Sequence record: NC_048054.1
Strand: one strand, 5' to 3'
DNA length: 64,000 nt
Shown: positions 43,336 through 52,507 of the stretch, one piece after another
Numbering within the stretch: position 1 is the first letter of the stretch
Layout of the letters: every line of letters starts with the position of its first letter
Translations under genes and position numbers: made by a program
The notes under the pieces: model-generated
Database searches by the model: none
What the model saw: the letters and a program-made list of their open reading frames with translations, nothing else
What the model was told of the DNA's origin: nothing

Positions 43336-44333
43336 TGATCGACTTTACCGCTGTTAAATTCGATGACGACCGCAACCCGTACATTGTTGTACGTGGTGAG
43401 AAAGGCAAGTTCAAGCGTCACTATCTGACCGACGCAGAACAGCAAGCACACAAAGAGTGGGATGCCGACCGTGTTCGTAAACTAAACTCACAGGCCGTAG
43501 CACCAGCTCGTGGTCAGACACAATCGTTCCAACACGTTGATACTATCGGTACTGATCGCGCCGCTGCGCGTAACTCTACTCTGCGTAATGGTTACGGTCT
43601 GTCTGATGGTCCTACTGGCGCACTCGGCCCAGGACCTTGCCCTGCGGGTGTTGAACTCTCTCACATTCCACCTTCAATCGAAAGTGGTTCAGACACAGAA
43701 GTGCCAATCGGCCCGCGTGTTGCTCGTCGCTCTGTTAACCTGATGTACAGCATTGCACACCTGACTATCGCACTGTATGACTTCGGCGCGATTGACAATG
43801 CCTGTGTTGCTGACCTGCGTTCTCGCATCAACGAAATATTTGAAGGCCAGAACGAAGCAGAGGCCGATGGTGATATTCGCGCAGACGGTGAGCTGGTTCC
43901 TGCATACGACTATGTGCGCAGCATGGCTTACTACATGCACAATGCGTACTTCGAGTCGCGTACTCAATCGCCGTTGAAAGTTGTAGGCTGGCATGCCGCA
44001 CCGATCATCACTCTGACTCAGTTCCTGATGGGACAGGTATTCCCTGACGGTGACATGGCTCGTCGTGCGCAAGAAGGCGTGCTACTGAACCGTGCCGATG
44101 CAGACGTCCGTGAACTGGCTATGGACATGCTGGTGGTCTACAACAACATCCAGGCTGATATCAGTGAAGCTGGTATGCGTCTGCTGGGCGAGATGCCAGA
44201 AGAAATCGGCGAAATCAATGTTAGCTTTAGCGAACTGGCTAAACTCGACGTTGTTCGCGCTGTTGACGAGATGCTGGACTATCTGGTAACTCGTGTTGAT
44301 GGTCTGCGTCAGATGATCAACGACCAGCTGTAA
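43335..44333 (+). CDS. Hypothetical protein
   Basis: 332 aa, TAATG coupling. Confidence 0.55.
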   Translation: MIDFTAVKFDDDRNPYIVVRGEKGKFKRHYLTDAEQQAHKEWDADRVRKLNSQAVAPARGQTQSFQHVDTIGTDRAAARNSTLRNGYGLSDGPTGALGPGPCPAGVELSHIPPSIESGSDTEVPIGPRVARRSVNLMYSIAHLTIALYDFGAIDNACVADLRSRINEIFEGQNEAEADGDIRADGELVPAYDYVRSMAYYMHNAYFESRTQSPLKVVGWHAAPIITLTQFLMGQVFPDGDMARRAQEGVLLNRADADVRELAMDMLVVYNNIQADISEAGMRLLGEMPEEIGEINVSFSELAKLDVVRAVDEMLDYLVTRVDGLRQMINDQL

Positions 44334-44350
44334 TCTGCTGTAGAAAAGCA

Positions 44351-44388
44351 AAAAAGGGCGGCCCTCGTAATTGAGAGTCGTCCTTTTT
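44351..44388. terminator. Bidirectional terminator between convergent gene blocks
   Basis: AAAAAGGGCGGCCCTC-GTAATT-GAGAGTCGTCCTTTTT. Confidence 0.7.
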
Positions 44389-44390
44389 CG

Positions 44391-44855
44391 TTATAGCGCT
44401 AAACCTATACCGATAGCTGCTGCAATGCGCGTCAGCCACAATTGAAAATCGGCAGACTTCTGATCTTCAATACGTGCCTTGCGCTCTGCCGCTAAATCAT
44501 CGGATAGTCCGTTCGCCCTCACCTCTTCGGCTTGAGCCAAACGCAGTAGTTTGTTGCGTTCATCAATCGTCAGGTTCAACACATCGAGTAACTTGTTTCG
44601 TTCTTCGGTGCGCGTCTTGCCTGACTCATACAAATTGATCAAATCAACCATTCCCTTGTTGTCGAGCACTGCAACCTTTTTGTCGTCTACAACTTTGACA
44701 ACGACTTGAGGCTTGGCAGGAACGGCTTCCTTTTCCCACTCAACACGATTGATCTGCTGAATGTCTTGCATGGTTGTTTTCTTGGTTGGTTCGATGCCAG
44801 ACAACGAACTACAACCAGTCACTAGCAAGCACAGGAGTAACGTGATTATTTTCAT
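44391..44855 (-). CDS. Spanin-like lipoprotein (o-spanin or u-spanin architecture)
   Basis: Lipobox LVTG-C, coiled-coil body, hydrophobic C-terminus LWLTRIAAAIGIGLAL. Confidence 0.65.
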   Translation of the reverse strand: MKIITLLLCLLVTGCSSLSGIEPTKKTTMQDIQQINRVEWEKEAVPAKPQVVVKVVDDKKVAVLDNKGMVDLINLYESGKTRTEERNKLLDVLNLTIDERNKLLRLAQAEEVRANGLSDDLAAERKARIEDQKSADFQLWLTRIAAAIGIGLAL

Positions 44856-45148
44856 AGCTTATTGTACCTGTCCACAAGCTCGTCCATGCTGTCTTCTTTG
44901 GTCGGAGGCTTAACATCAGTCTCAGGCTTCCGCGTGTTCAGTTCTTTCACAGCATCGTTAACAGTCTTGCTGTCTTGGACTTGGTTCTCGATTGCTGCTT
45001 CACGCGTATTGTCAGCGGCTTTCTGTTCACCTGTGGTAGTTGAAGGGCTTGTCTTAGGACGACGGAACAACAACGCCGTAACGACAAGCACAATAACAGA
45101 TGCGAAAACCTTCCAGTATTTTCTCACGATCTCAATAGCCTTAGACAT
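44852..45148 (-). CDS. i-spanin-like membrane protein
   Basis: N-terminal TM VFASVIVLVVTALLF, helical periplasmic part, overlaps lipoprotein gene. Confidence 0.55.
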   Translation of the reverse strand: MSKAIEIVRKYWKVFASVIVLVVTALLFRRPKTSPSTTTGEQKAADNTREAAIENQVQDSKTVNDAVKELNTRKPETDVKPPTKEDSMDELVDRYNKL

Positions 45149-45162
45149 AATCACGCACTCCA

Positions 45163-45471
45163 CTATTCGGCTTTGTCTTTGTCCTGCTCCTGAGCTTTGG
45201 TGGTCTGCATGTTGACAAGGTTCTCAACTGTGAACGCCAAAGAGAAGTAGGTAAGATGGTCTGTCTGGCCGTTCATCAGTAAACCAATGAACATACCTGT
45301 AGACACAAACACTGCGGCGACGGAGGAGATTGGGTTCAGTGTCCAATACTCTTTCCAGTTTAAGCCTTCTCGCTTAGTCTTGACCACATAGTTCATCAAG
45401 ACGCCGCCAACATATGAAAGAAAGAAGGCTACGATTTGAATCGTTGGCATTTGTGATAATACATCACCCAT
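45163..45471 (-). CDS. Holin-like membrane protein
   Basis: 102 aa, 2-3 hydrophobic segments, charged C-terminus, upstream of the spanin-like genes. Confidence 0.45.
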   Translation of the reverse strand: MGDVLSQMPTIQIVAFFLSYVGGVLMNYVVKTKREGLNWKEYWTLNPISSVAAVFVSTGMFIGLLMNGQTDHLTYFSLAFTVENLVNMQTTKAQEQDKDKAE

Positions 45472-45492
45472 GTTTAATACTCCCTATTAGAC

Positions 45493-45520
45493 AAAAAGAA
45501 AGGGCAGCCGAAGCCGCCCT
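45493..45520 (-). terminator. Rho-independent terminator
   Basis: Minus strand AGGGCGGC-TTCG-GCTGCCCT-TTCTTTTT. Confidence 0.75.
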
Positions 45521-45526
45521 TATCGA

Positions 45527-45766
45527 TCAAAGTTGCTCAGAAGTAATCTGACCATCTTGATACAGTTCACGCTTACGCGCTTTCCACGAAGAGGAAAGTT
45601 CAGAGAAGAACTCCCTCAAACGATCATCGTCCAGTTCAAAGGGTTGCTGTACGCCATACTTCTCGCACATACCTTTGACCATATCGGCGTATTCTTGCTG
45701 GAGCATTGATTTCTCCGCGCTTACGCTGATATACTGCTTGGCTGACAGAGCTACTGTTAGTTGCAT
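45527..45766 (-). CDS. Small hypothetical protein
   Basis: EYADMVKGMCEKYGVQQPFELDDDRLREFFSEL; own upstream TAATTT and downstream terminator. Confidence 0.55.
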   Translation of the reverse strand: MQLTVALSAKQYISVSAEKSMLQQEYADMVKGMCEKYGVQQPFELDDDRLREFFSELSSSWKARKRELYQDGQITSEQL

Positions 45767-45795
45767 GATACCATCCTCTTATTTTGTACTCGCTT

Positions 45796-45801
45796 AAATT
45801 A
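45796..45801 (-). promoter_or_regulatory. TAATTT candidate promoter
   Basis: 30 nt upstream of ATG 45766. Confidence 0.35.
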
Positions 45802-46401
45802 TCAAGCGAATTTCAAAACGAGGTCGTTAATGATAACAGCTTTCGACTGGTCAGTTGGCGTGGTGTTGTTTGCATATACCTTACCACCAAGCAGCTTCAA
45901 GTCTGCGTTTGAGTTTTCGTCACCAACACTGCACACTGTAAGGAATGCTGCGCCAGCATCGTTGCTGCCTGTTTGCAGGTTAACAGTGTTTGAGTACGCA
46001 CCGATAACGATACACCATGTAGGGAAAGCATCTTTCAGGAAGTAGCTCGCACGGTAATCGTTATAGGTTGCATTCAGACGCATGTTCATCGCAGAAGACA
46101 GAGGAACGATAACGTTATTCGCCATCTGAGTAACTGTGGGCTTGTTACCCGTCACACCACCAACGTAGTCTGCGACGCGAGCAGTAAACAAAGGGCCTGC
46201 TCGCGTATACGCTGCGTTGCCACCAGCCAACTGCGTACCCTCAGCAAGCAGCGACTGAACTTCTGCTTTGGTTGGCATTGTGCCTGTGTAAAACAGAACA
46301 GACACGGTAGTGGTTGTGAACGCTGTTGGTGAGGCATTACCAACTAAGTTGATAAGCGCGTTTCGCATCATGGCATTAGCGGTTGCTGGAAGCATCTTCA
46401 T
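45802..46401 (-). CDS. Virion/fibre paralog, short type
   Basis: LFYTGTMP...CSVGDENSNADLKLLGG shared with neighbours. Confidence 0.6.
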   Translation of the reverse strand: MKMLPATANAMMRNALINLVGNASPTAFTTTTVSVLFYTGTMPTKAEVQSLLAEGTQLAGGNAAYTRAGPLFTARVADYVGGVTGNKPTVTQMANNVIVPLSSAMNMRLNATYNDYRASYFLKDAFPTWCIVIGAYSNTVNLQTGSNDAGAAFLTVCSVGDENSNADLKLLGGKVYANNTTPTDQSKAVIINDLVLKFA

Positions 46402-47303
46402 TATACATTCCCCAAGAAGTTATCAGAGATGCGGATAGTGAAGTCAGACACCGCAAGAGTTCCATACTGACCTATAGACGGTGTACCGAGTACGATGTCC
46501 GTACCTACGTCCAGCACAAGACCGTAGTAGTCTTCTGGCCCAGCACCTAAATAAGGCTGAGTTGTTGAAGGAACTGACGGAAGCAGAGGGACAAGCACCG
46601 CGTGAGTGAATGCAGCAACAACGAAGTCACTGCTTTTCTCTGCATACGGAACAAACATGATTTGGCTGGTGGAGGACGTACCATTCATGTTGATTCGCAA
46701 TTTACGCGCTGTGATATCGACTTCATTCATACCAAGAGCAACTACGATGCGCGTCCATACCAGAGTCGTTGGGTCCTGATACTCAAGTCGAACGTTACCC
46801 GCGTTTATGCCGTTGGTAGCGATCATGAATGAGCGGAAACGCAGAGTACGTCCGTAGTCATACTCCATCATATCATTCGCATCCCACGACTGAGCAATAG
46901 GCAGCGTAATGTCTGAGCAAGAACACACGTTAGCCATTACCTGTTGTGGCGTTTTAGACCAACCAATAGACGGTGTATAGCGCGAGTATTCAGGGAACAC
47001 TGCGTATGTCTGCACAGACTGTTTAGCTACAGGGTCGAATGCAACACGTCCTGGACCGTAACCGCCTATAGGCATCAGGCTTCTGGCCTTGCTGTACTGA
47101 CGACACAGAATACCGTTAGCATCTGCGGTCTGTGTTTGGTACTTCAACTCAACGGCTGCACGAGAAGAAGCCACAAGATCAGTGAACGCTTTCGGTACGT
47201 TGTTGCTGCTTCCGTTTCGGAAGAATGCCGCCCAGCCACTGCTACCTGTCGTACCAACTGTTTGCAGTAGCTGATACAGCGCTTGTTTTTCAGAGACTAA
47301 CAT
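46401..47303 (-). CDS. Virion/fibre paralog, long type with discoidin-like insert
   Basis: MEYDYGRTLRFRSF...ITARKLRI; C-terminal LDVGTDIVL. Confidence 0.55.
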   Translation of the reverse strand: MLVSEKQALYQLLQTVGTTGSSGWAAFFRNGSSNNVPKAFTDLVASSRAAVELKYQTQTADANGILCRQYSKARSLMPIGGYGPGRVAFDPVAKQSVQTYAVFPEYSRYTPSIGWSKTPQQVMANVCSCSDITLPIAQSWDANDMMEYDYGRTLRFRSFMIATNGINAGNVRLEYQDPTTLVWTRIVVALGMNEVDITARKLRINMNGTSSTSQIMFVPYAEKSSDFVVAAFTHAVLVPLLPSVPSTTQPYLGAGPEDYYGLVLDVGTDIVLGTPSIGQYGTLAVSDFTIRISDNFLGNV

Positions 47304-47312
47304 AAGGCCTCC

Positions 47313-47846
47313 TTAGAATTTAATGCGCATATCAGGAACACGCACAGGCTGACCAGCAGTAACAGTACCACCAACGATTTTAAGATCGGCCGCAGAGTTT
47401 TCGTCACCAACAGTACCGATAATGCAATTGTACAGGTTTGTACCCTGCACGAAGCTGGCCCAAGCATCTGCGCTTATCCCAGCCGAGCATTGACGCAACA
47501 TAAACCACGTAGGTGTTCCAGACGTTGCGATAGTGAACAGGTTAGACTGGGCACTTAACGGCAGATTGAACACGTTGTTGTCGAAGTCCATAGTTGGAAC
47601 GAACGCGCCGAGAGAAACGTTACCCAAGAAATTCGTCTGTGTTGCGAACGCAGCGATAAGAGCTGCCGACCATGAGGTCATCGTGTTGGTCGTACCCAAC
47701 AGCGTCTGCAATTGATCATCAGTTGGAGGGGTACCAGAGAACAAAGCAACGTGGGTGGTGCCTGACGTAACTGAGCTGCCAGGCGGCATACGATAAGCGA
47801 GAGCAATTTGGGCCTGGAGCGTGTTGTATGCTTTGGAGACGCGCAT
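47313..47846 (-). CDS. Virion/fibre paralog, short type
   Basis: ALFSGTPP...GTPTWF...GTVGDENSAADLKIVGG. Confidence 0.6.
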   Translation of the reverse strand: MRVSKAYNTLQAQIALAYRMPPGSSVTSGTTHVALFSGTPPTDDQLQTLLGTTNTMTSWSAALIAAFATQTNFLGNVSLGAFVPTMDFDNNVFNLPLSAQSNLFTIATSGTPTWFMLRQCSAGISADAWASFVQGTNLYNCIIGTVGDENSAADLKIVGGTVTAGQPVRVPDMRIKF

Positions 47847-47847
47847 A

Positions 47848-48903
47848 TTAGTATACCTCAGTTGCGACAGGTTTATAGGTTACAGTGAACGAGCTAACAG
47901 CTTGCTCCTGCGCAGGGTAAACAGTGGCGTCGTTTAACACGAGGTCAAAGTTTGCAGCCTGTTTCAAATCATCCGTAATAGTCAGGCCATAGTGACCGAA
48001 GTGGCGTCCATATGCTACTGTGCTGAGGCCGTTAGACATGGCCACTGAGCCCCATACGGTGGAGTAGATAACAGGCATGATCACTGCATGTTGAATCTTC
48101 GCCAGAGTACGAGGAGACGTGCCAGAAGCATAGTCACCATAGAAGTGCAGAATAAACGGACCCAGCCCAGTAGAGAATGGATTGGTTGCTGCTTTAGAAA
48201 CGATACGCCAGCGACGACCTTGAACTGTGGCAGGAAGCTGGAAATACTTCTCAGATTGAGCAGTGGTGACGGATAAGTTCGTGTTGATGTTCGTCACGTC
48301 AACCCAAGAACTGCCCTGCTGCACTTGCAAGAAGATAAGGTTTCCTGCCGGGCCACTGAACAAGTTGTTTGCCGGTATCATACAGATTGAGGCCAAGCTG
48401 TTTACTACTACCTCAGCACCGAAATCATATTCAACAAGAGTCCATGAGCCATCTGCGTTGACAGTCTTAACTGGCGGTACTGCCGAGTTTGTTGATATAC
48501 ACGGCCCAATGTATGCCGCTGTAGTGGATGCAGTACGATGCGCCAGAATAGTGAAGAACAACATATCAAGCTGTTGGCTGTTGAGGGACAAGTTAGCCAC
48601 GAGGTCTTGATAGACTGCGCTGTATGATGCGAACGTCACTTTGGGCAGAACGCGCTTACCACGATAACCCTGCACGGTAGTCCAGGCAGGAGCTGGAGAT
48701 ACTCGGTAACCAGAGACAGCAGTAGGCGTCAGTTGCTGCTGGGAGACACCGATGTTGTTTTGCAGAAAAGCACGACCACTCACCATGTTATTCAACACAG
48801 TCTGGAGATCATAGTTCAGTGTAGTCGGAAGATTCCCTTCCATGAAAGCGCCAAACACAGCCTGAGGTGTGTTCTGATAGAGAGGTACAATTTTCATATA
48901 CAT
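47848..48903 (-). CDS. Virion/fibre paralog, long type with discoidin-like insert
   Basis: WTLVEYDFGAEV...LPATVQGRRWRI...PRTLAKIQH; clear paralog of 49485-50561; start may be 48897. Confidence 0.6.
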   Translation of the reverse strand: MYMKIVPLYQNTPQAVFGAFMEGNLPTTLNYDLQTVLNNMVSGRAFLQNNIGVSQQQLTPTAVSGYRVSPAPAWTTVQGYRGKRVLPKVTFASYSAVYQDLVANLSLNSQQLDMLFFTILAHRTASTTAAYIGPCISTNSAVPPVKTVNADGSWTLVEYDFGAEVVVNSLASICMIPANNLFSGPAGNLIFLQVQQGSSWVDVTNINTNLSVTTAQSEKYFQLPATVQGRRWRIVSKAATNPFSTGLGPFILHFYGDYASGTSPRTLAKIQHAVIMPVIYSTVWGSVAMSNGLSTVAYGRHFGHYGLTITDDLKQAANFDLVLNDATVYPAQEQAVSSFTVTYKPVATEVY

Positions 48904-48934
48904 GCCCTTGGTTTAAAGACAGTTCAAATTAATG

Positions 48935-48958
48935 ACGTGGCAGCCGAAGCCACCACGT
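48935..48958 (-). promoter_or_regulatory. cUUCGg stem-loop without U-tract, followed by TAATTT
   Basis: ACGTGGTGGC-TTCG-GCTGCCACGT; TAATTT at 48926-48931. Confidence 0.45.
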
Positions 48959-48963
48959 AGATA

Positions 48964-49488
48964 TCACAGCTGGATTGTCAGATCGAGGAAGCGATACGCT
49001 TGACCTGTTTTAATCTGACCTCCGATGAACTGGAGTTCGGCATCAGAGCCTTGATCACCGACGGAACCTATCCAGAAGGGACCTGTTAGCATGGCACTGT
49101 ATGCAAAGCCTGCCCAGTTATTCGATGCGTTTGCAGGTAGAATACGTGCAACGTAGAATGTAGGCGTACCGTCAGCAACACCAGTAAGAGTAGCGGCCTG
49201 CCCAGCAAGAGGCAGTGTTACTGTACGTGCCTGTACGTTAACGACAGGTGTGATCGCAGCAGAGGCCAGTACACCAAGAAAATCAGCAGACACAAGCCCC
49301 AGGTTTGCACGCACGGTGTTCCAGTTCAACAGGCTATTGACAGCGCCAGGAGGTAATACATCCAGCGCCTTGCTTATCTTGGGTGCAGTACCTTTGAACA
49401 GACCAATATGCAGAGAGTTGGCTACGATTGATGTGGCTGGAAAGGCGGCATTCATCTGAGCCAAAGAAACGGCTTTATTGCTAATCAT
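48964..49488 (-). CDS. Virion/fibre paralog, short type
   Basis: GLFKGTAP...GTPTFY...GSVGDQGSDAELQFIGG. Confidence 0.6.
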   Translation of the reverse strand: MISNKAVSLAQMNAAFPATSIVANSLHIGLFKGTAPKISKALDVLPPGAVNSLLNWNTVRANLGLVSADFLGVLASAAITPVVNVQARTVTLPLAGQAATLTGVADGTPTFYVARILPANASNNWAGFAYSAMLTGPFWIGSVGDQGSDAELQFIGGQIKTGQAYRFLDLTIQL

Positions 49489-50561
49489 ACGCCCCTCCCT
49501 ACGAGTGCGTCTTGCTTCACACGGAACGTAGGCACAGGCGCTTCACCGAATGCTGTGTTATACGTTGTGTCCAACATAACTATATCGTTACTGGCAGACA
49601 GTTTAACATCGTCAGTGATAGTGAAGTGCGTCATGCTGAAATATCTGCCAGCAACCGTAGCCTCTTGGGCGGGCCAGTTGAAGTGCCACTGAGTGCTGTT
49701 TGCGTAACTGGCACTGGCGATCAGATTGAGCACAGACATGTGCTTATACTTACCTAACGTGCGAGGCTTAACACCTGTATAGTTGCCGTAGAACTGCAAA
49801 CTAAATGGATAGTGGCCAAGCGTTGTCCATGGCCATGATACTGATTTATTGATCAGCCTAAACTTCTGAGCTTTGACAGATGCTGGAAGTGTGTATGCAA
49901 CAGGCGACCAGTTGGTTACTGTGCGAACGTTAGCGTAGCAGTCCACTGCATCCACCCATTGCCCGTTGGCATAGGCTTGCAGTACGGTACCTTGTGTACC
50001 GAGTACCATAAGTGAGTTCACGGCAGCACCCACTGAAACACCAACGAGTCCTTTCAGCTCCATCTCGGCACCGAAATCATACTCGGCGATCAGCCAATTA
50101 CCGGCTTCTGTCAGATTGTACTGAGGACTCAAGTACAGGCTGGTAGTCGTTGAGAATTGACTTGCCGCGTTACCCATCTTGTGCGCAAGGATAGTCGTTG
50201 CCACACTCTCGTTATACTTACCGACAGTTGCAGCAAAACGGTTGTCGATAGCAGGCAGACGTACCTTAGGGATGATACGAGTTAATGCGTTGATCGCCGC
50301 GCCATATCCGAACGCGGCATTAATCTCCACCCAAGCTGGATAGAAGTTATTACCAACAAAGGTCGAGGCTGACACTGGAGTGTACTGCCAACGAAACGGC
50401 GCTGTACTCATTGGCGTCTTTTGAAGCAAACGAATCGTAATAGCATCATTGAACGTGCTATGAATATCACGCTCGCCATTATCGGGCACGTCTGTATCGT
50501 ACAGCAGGCCAAGCGAGAACATAGAAGCTACGTTCACCGCCTGATACGGAAAGAGTTCCAT
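49485..50561 (-). CDS. Virion/fibre paralog, long type with discoidin-like insert
   Basis: WLIAEYDFGAEM...LPASVKAQKFRLI...PRTLGKYKH. Confidence 0.6.
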   Translation of the reverse strand: MELFPYQAVNVASMFSLGLLYDTDVPDNGERDIHSTFNDAITIRLLQKTPMSTAPFRWQYTPVSASTFVGNNFYPAWVEINAAFGYGAAINALTRIIPKVRLPAIDNRFAATVGKYNESVATTILAHKMGNAASQFSTTTSLYLSPQYNLTEAGNWLIAEYDFGAEMELKGLVGVSVGAAVNSLMVLGTQGTVLQAYANGQWVDAVDCYANVRTVTNWSPVAYTLPASVKAQKFRLINKSVSWPWTTLGHYPFSLQFYGNYTGVKPRTLGKYKHMSVLNLIASASYANSTQWHFNWPAQEATVAGRYFSMTHFTITDDVKLSASNDIVMLDTTYNTAFGEAPVPTFRVKQDALVGRGV

Positions 50562-50570
50562 AATGCGTCC

Positions 50571-51149
50571 TTAGCTGAATGTGATGTTGTTGATATTGAC
50601 AGTGCCATTCAGGTTGAACGTACCATCACCGTTATCAGTCAGAGGAACACCCATAGAGATTAAATCTTGTGGTGTGAACTCAACCAAAGATGAAACAGAA
50701 GCTGTATTGTTGTTTAGTGTAGACGAGCTATTGCTCAACAACAAGTACATACGGTTGAACGCCTTAGCATATGCGAAGCGGCCGAGCGCAGTATACAGAT
50801 CGAACATGCGCTTACCGTTCCCAAGATTGACAATGCGTATTGTACCGGACGAGGCGAAGGTTGATTCCATTACGCAGCCCGGAACGTTGGCAGTCAGATA
50901 CGTGCGCAACGAAGTCAGACTAAATGGTGCCTGTGCTTGGTTGTTCCACACTGAATCTGGGATGGTATCACCCGCAGAGAAAACAAGGGCGGCAGTGACC
51001 TCAGCAGAAATTGGAATACCACCAGATTGCAAATTGCCGGAGTTATAGCCAACAAAAGATGCAGGCTGACACGGGTTTTCAACAGTAGGGTTGGCCGTTG
51101 AACCAAGCGAATCACCGCGCATGTTGAGCATTGCTTTAGAGATATACAT
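50571..51149 (-). CDS. Putative virion protein in the paralog array
   Basis: 192 aa, coupled; weak similarity to short-type paralogs. Confidence 0.5.
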   Translation of the reverse strand: MYISKAMLNMRGDSLGSTANPTVENPCQPASFVGYNSGNLQSGGIPISAEVTAALVFSAGDTIPDSVWNNQAQAPFSLTSLRTYLTANVPGCVMESTFASSGTIRIVNLGNGKRMFDLYTALGRFAYAKAFNRMYLLLSNSSSTLNNNTASVSSLVEFTPQDLISMGVPLTDNGDGTFNLNGTVNINNITFS

Positions 51150-52051
51150 CAGCTACTCCTTTGCGTGAAGCGCAGTTTAGGACAGTACATCAACGTCTTC
51201 TGACTTGGGATAACCTGATCCACCAGCTTGAATGGCCCCTGATTACCTACAGCGCCAGCAGTGTACATGATGCTGTCTGAGTAGTCGATATCCCCATGCG
51301 TGAACGTGTTACAGTGTGCAAGCGCGGCCCACGTAGGAGAAGTTACGGCAACAGAAGACGGCACATCAACTGAGCTGAGTAGCACTCGCATGGCAGACAC
51401 TGCGGTTGTGCTCGACACTTTATAGCGATAACGTTTAGAAGCAACAGGAGCCGAGAGAGCCAGACAGGTAGAATCACCCGTGACAGCGCTCGCACTTCCT
51501 AACGTTATTTCTTGGCCCTGATCGTTAACGGCTACCAAGGTCAATGCAGAAGCAGGCGTTGTGTTGTACTTAATGTGCGTCACAGTGACGGCCGTATCAA
51601 ACTCGAAGTCGATATCTGATATAGCCGTACGCGCAGCAGGACTGTTTCCGCTACCTGCACCCATCAGCACTGTGATGTTACGATCAGTAAGGCCTGAACT
51701 AATGATACGATGAGGCACAAGTTGAGATACCACAATAGCAGGAGTGCCAACGGTCCCATAGTACGATACCCCTTTAGGGATGTACTGAGATTGTAAGGCA
51801 AGTGCAATCACGTTGCCGTTCTCAATTCCAGTGATAGGGTTTCGCACAATGCCGATAGCTTGGTTATACATATCAGCAAGTGACTTATTGTTGAAGGCCG
51901 CTTCGAAGCCTTCTTTGGACGTAGGCAGTTTGCCACTAAACGCAAAGATATTCCAGCCAGCACCTACGTTTGGATCGTTGAGTAGTGCTGCCGTGTTTGC
52001 ATTCGTGCCTACAACTGCTTGCGCCATGATACGTGTGTTAATGATCTTCAT
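51149..52051 (-). CDS. Virion/fibre paralog, long type
   Basis: IFAFSGKLPTS...FEFDTAVTV...SKRYRY...SPTWAAL...GAVG. Confidence 0.55.
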   Translation of the reverse strand: MKIINTRIMAQAVVGTNANTAALLNDPNVGAGWNIFAFSGKLPTSKEGFEAAFNNKSLADMYNQAIGIVRNPITGIENGNVIALALQSQYIPKGVSYYGTVGTPAIVVSQLVPHRIISSGLTDRNITVLMGAGSGNSPAARTAISDIDFEFDTAVTVTHIKYNTTPASALTLVAVNDQGQEITLGSASAVTGDSTCLALSAPVASKRYRYKVSSTTAVSAMRVLLSSVDVPSSVAVTSPTWAALAHCNTFTHGDIDYSDSIMYTAGAVGNQGPFKLVDQVIPSQKTLMYCPKLRFTQRSS

Positions 52052-52506
52052 TAGCTCACCACCGGTGCTACAGATTTGTTATTCGCTTTCGTATCAGACA
52101 GGTCAAGTGCACCAACCGTAACACGGAACACAATGTTATCAAACAGAGGTTCAATAGTCTGGTCAGTCACGAATGCACCAGTCGCCAGAGGTACGTCAAT
52201 ACGTCCTGGCGTGATGTTGGAGTTGAACGTGCGTGCCGTAAACTTAGACTGCACCTGACCAACGAGTGCTGCAACAAGCACAAGCTGATCTGCACTTGTT
52301 ATTTGCTGATTGAGAATCTGCGTCCAACGATACGCAGGAATCGTCTGAGACAGAACATCAGCCACACGTTCCTGAGGAATGTACGTGGCTTTCTCGTTCG
52401 TCGTAGGCTTAGACGGCTGCGACGCCGTACTGATTTCAAGCTGCGACATAACGAACACGAAGTCAGCAAAGAGATCAGGATCATACGCAATGACAGGTAC
52501 AAACAT
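52051..52506 (-). CDS. Putative virion protein in the paralog array
   Basis: 151 aa, coupled; RVTVGALDL. Confidence 0.5.
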   Translation of the reverse strand: MFVPVIAYDPDLFADFVFVMSQLEISTASQPSKPTTNEKATYIPQERVADVLSQTIPAYRWTQILNQQITSADQLVLVAALVGQVQSKFTARTFNSNITPGRIDVPLATGAFVTDQTIEPLFDNIVFRVTVGALDLSDTKANNKSVAPVVS

Positions 52507-52507
52507 G

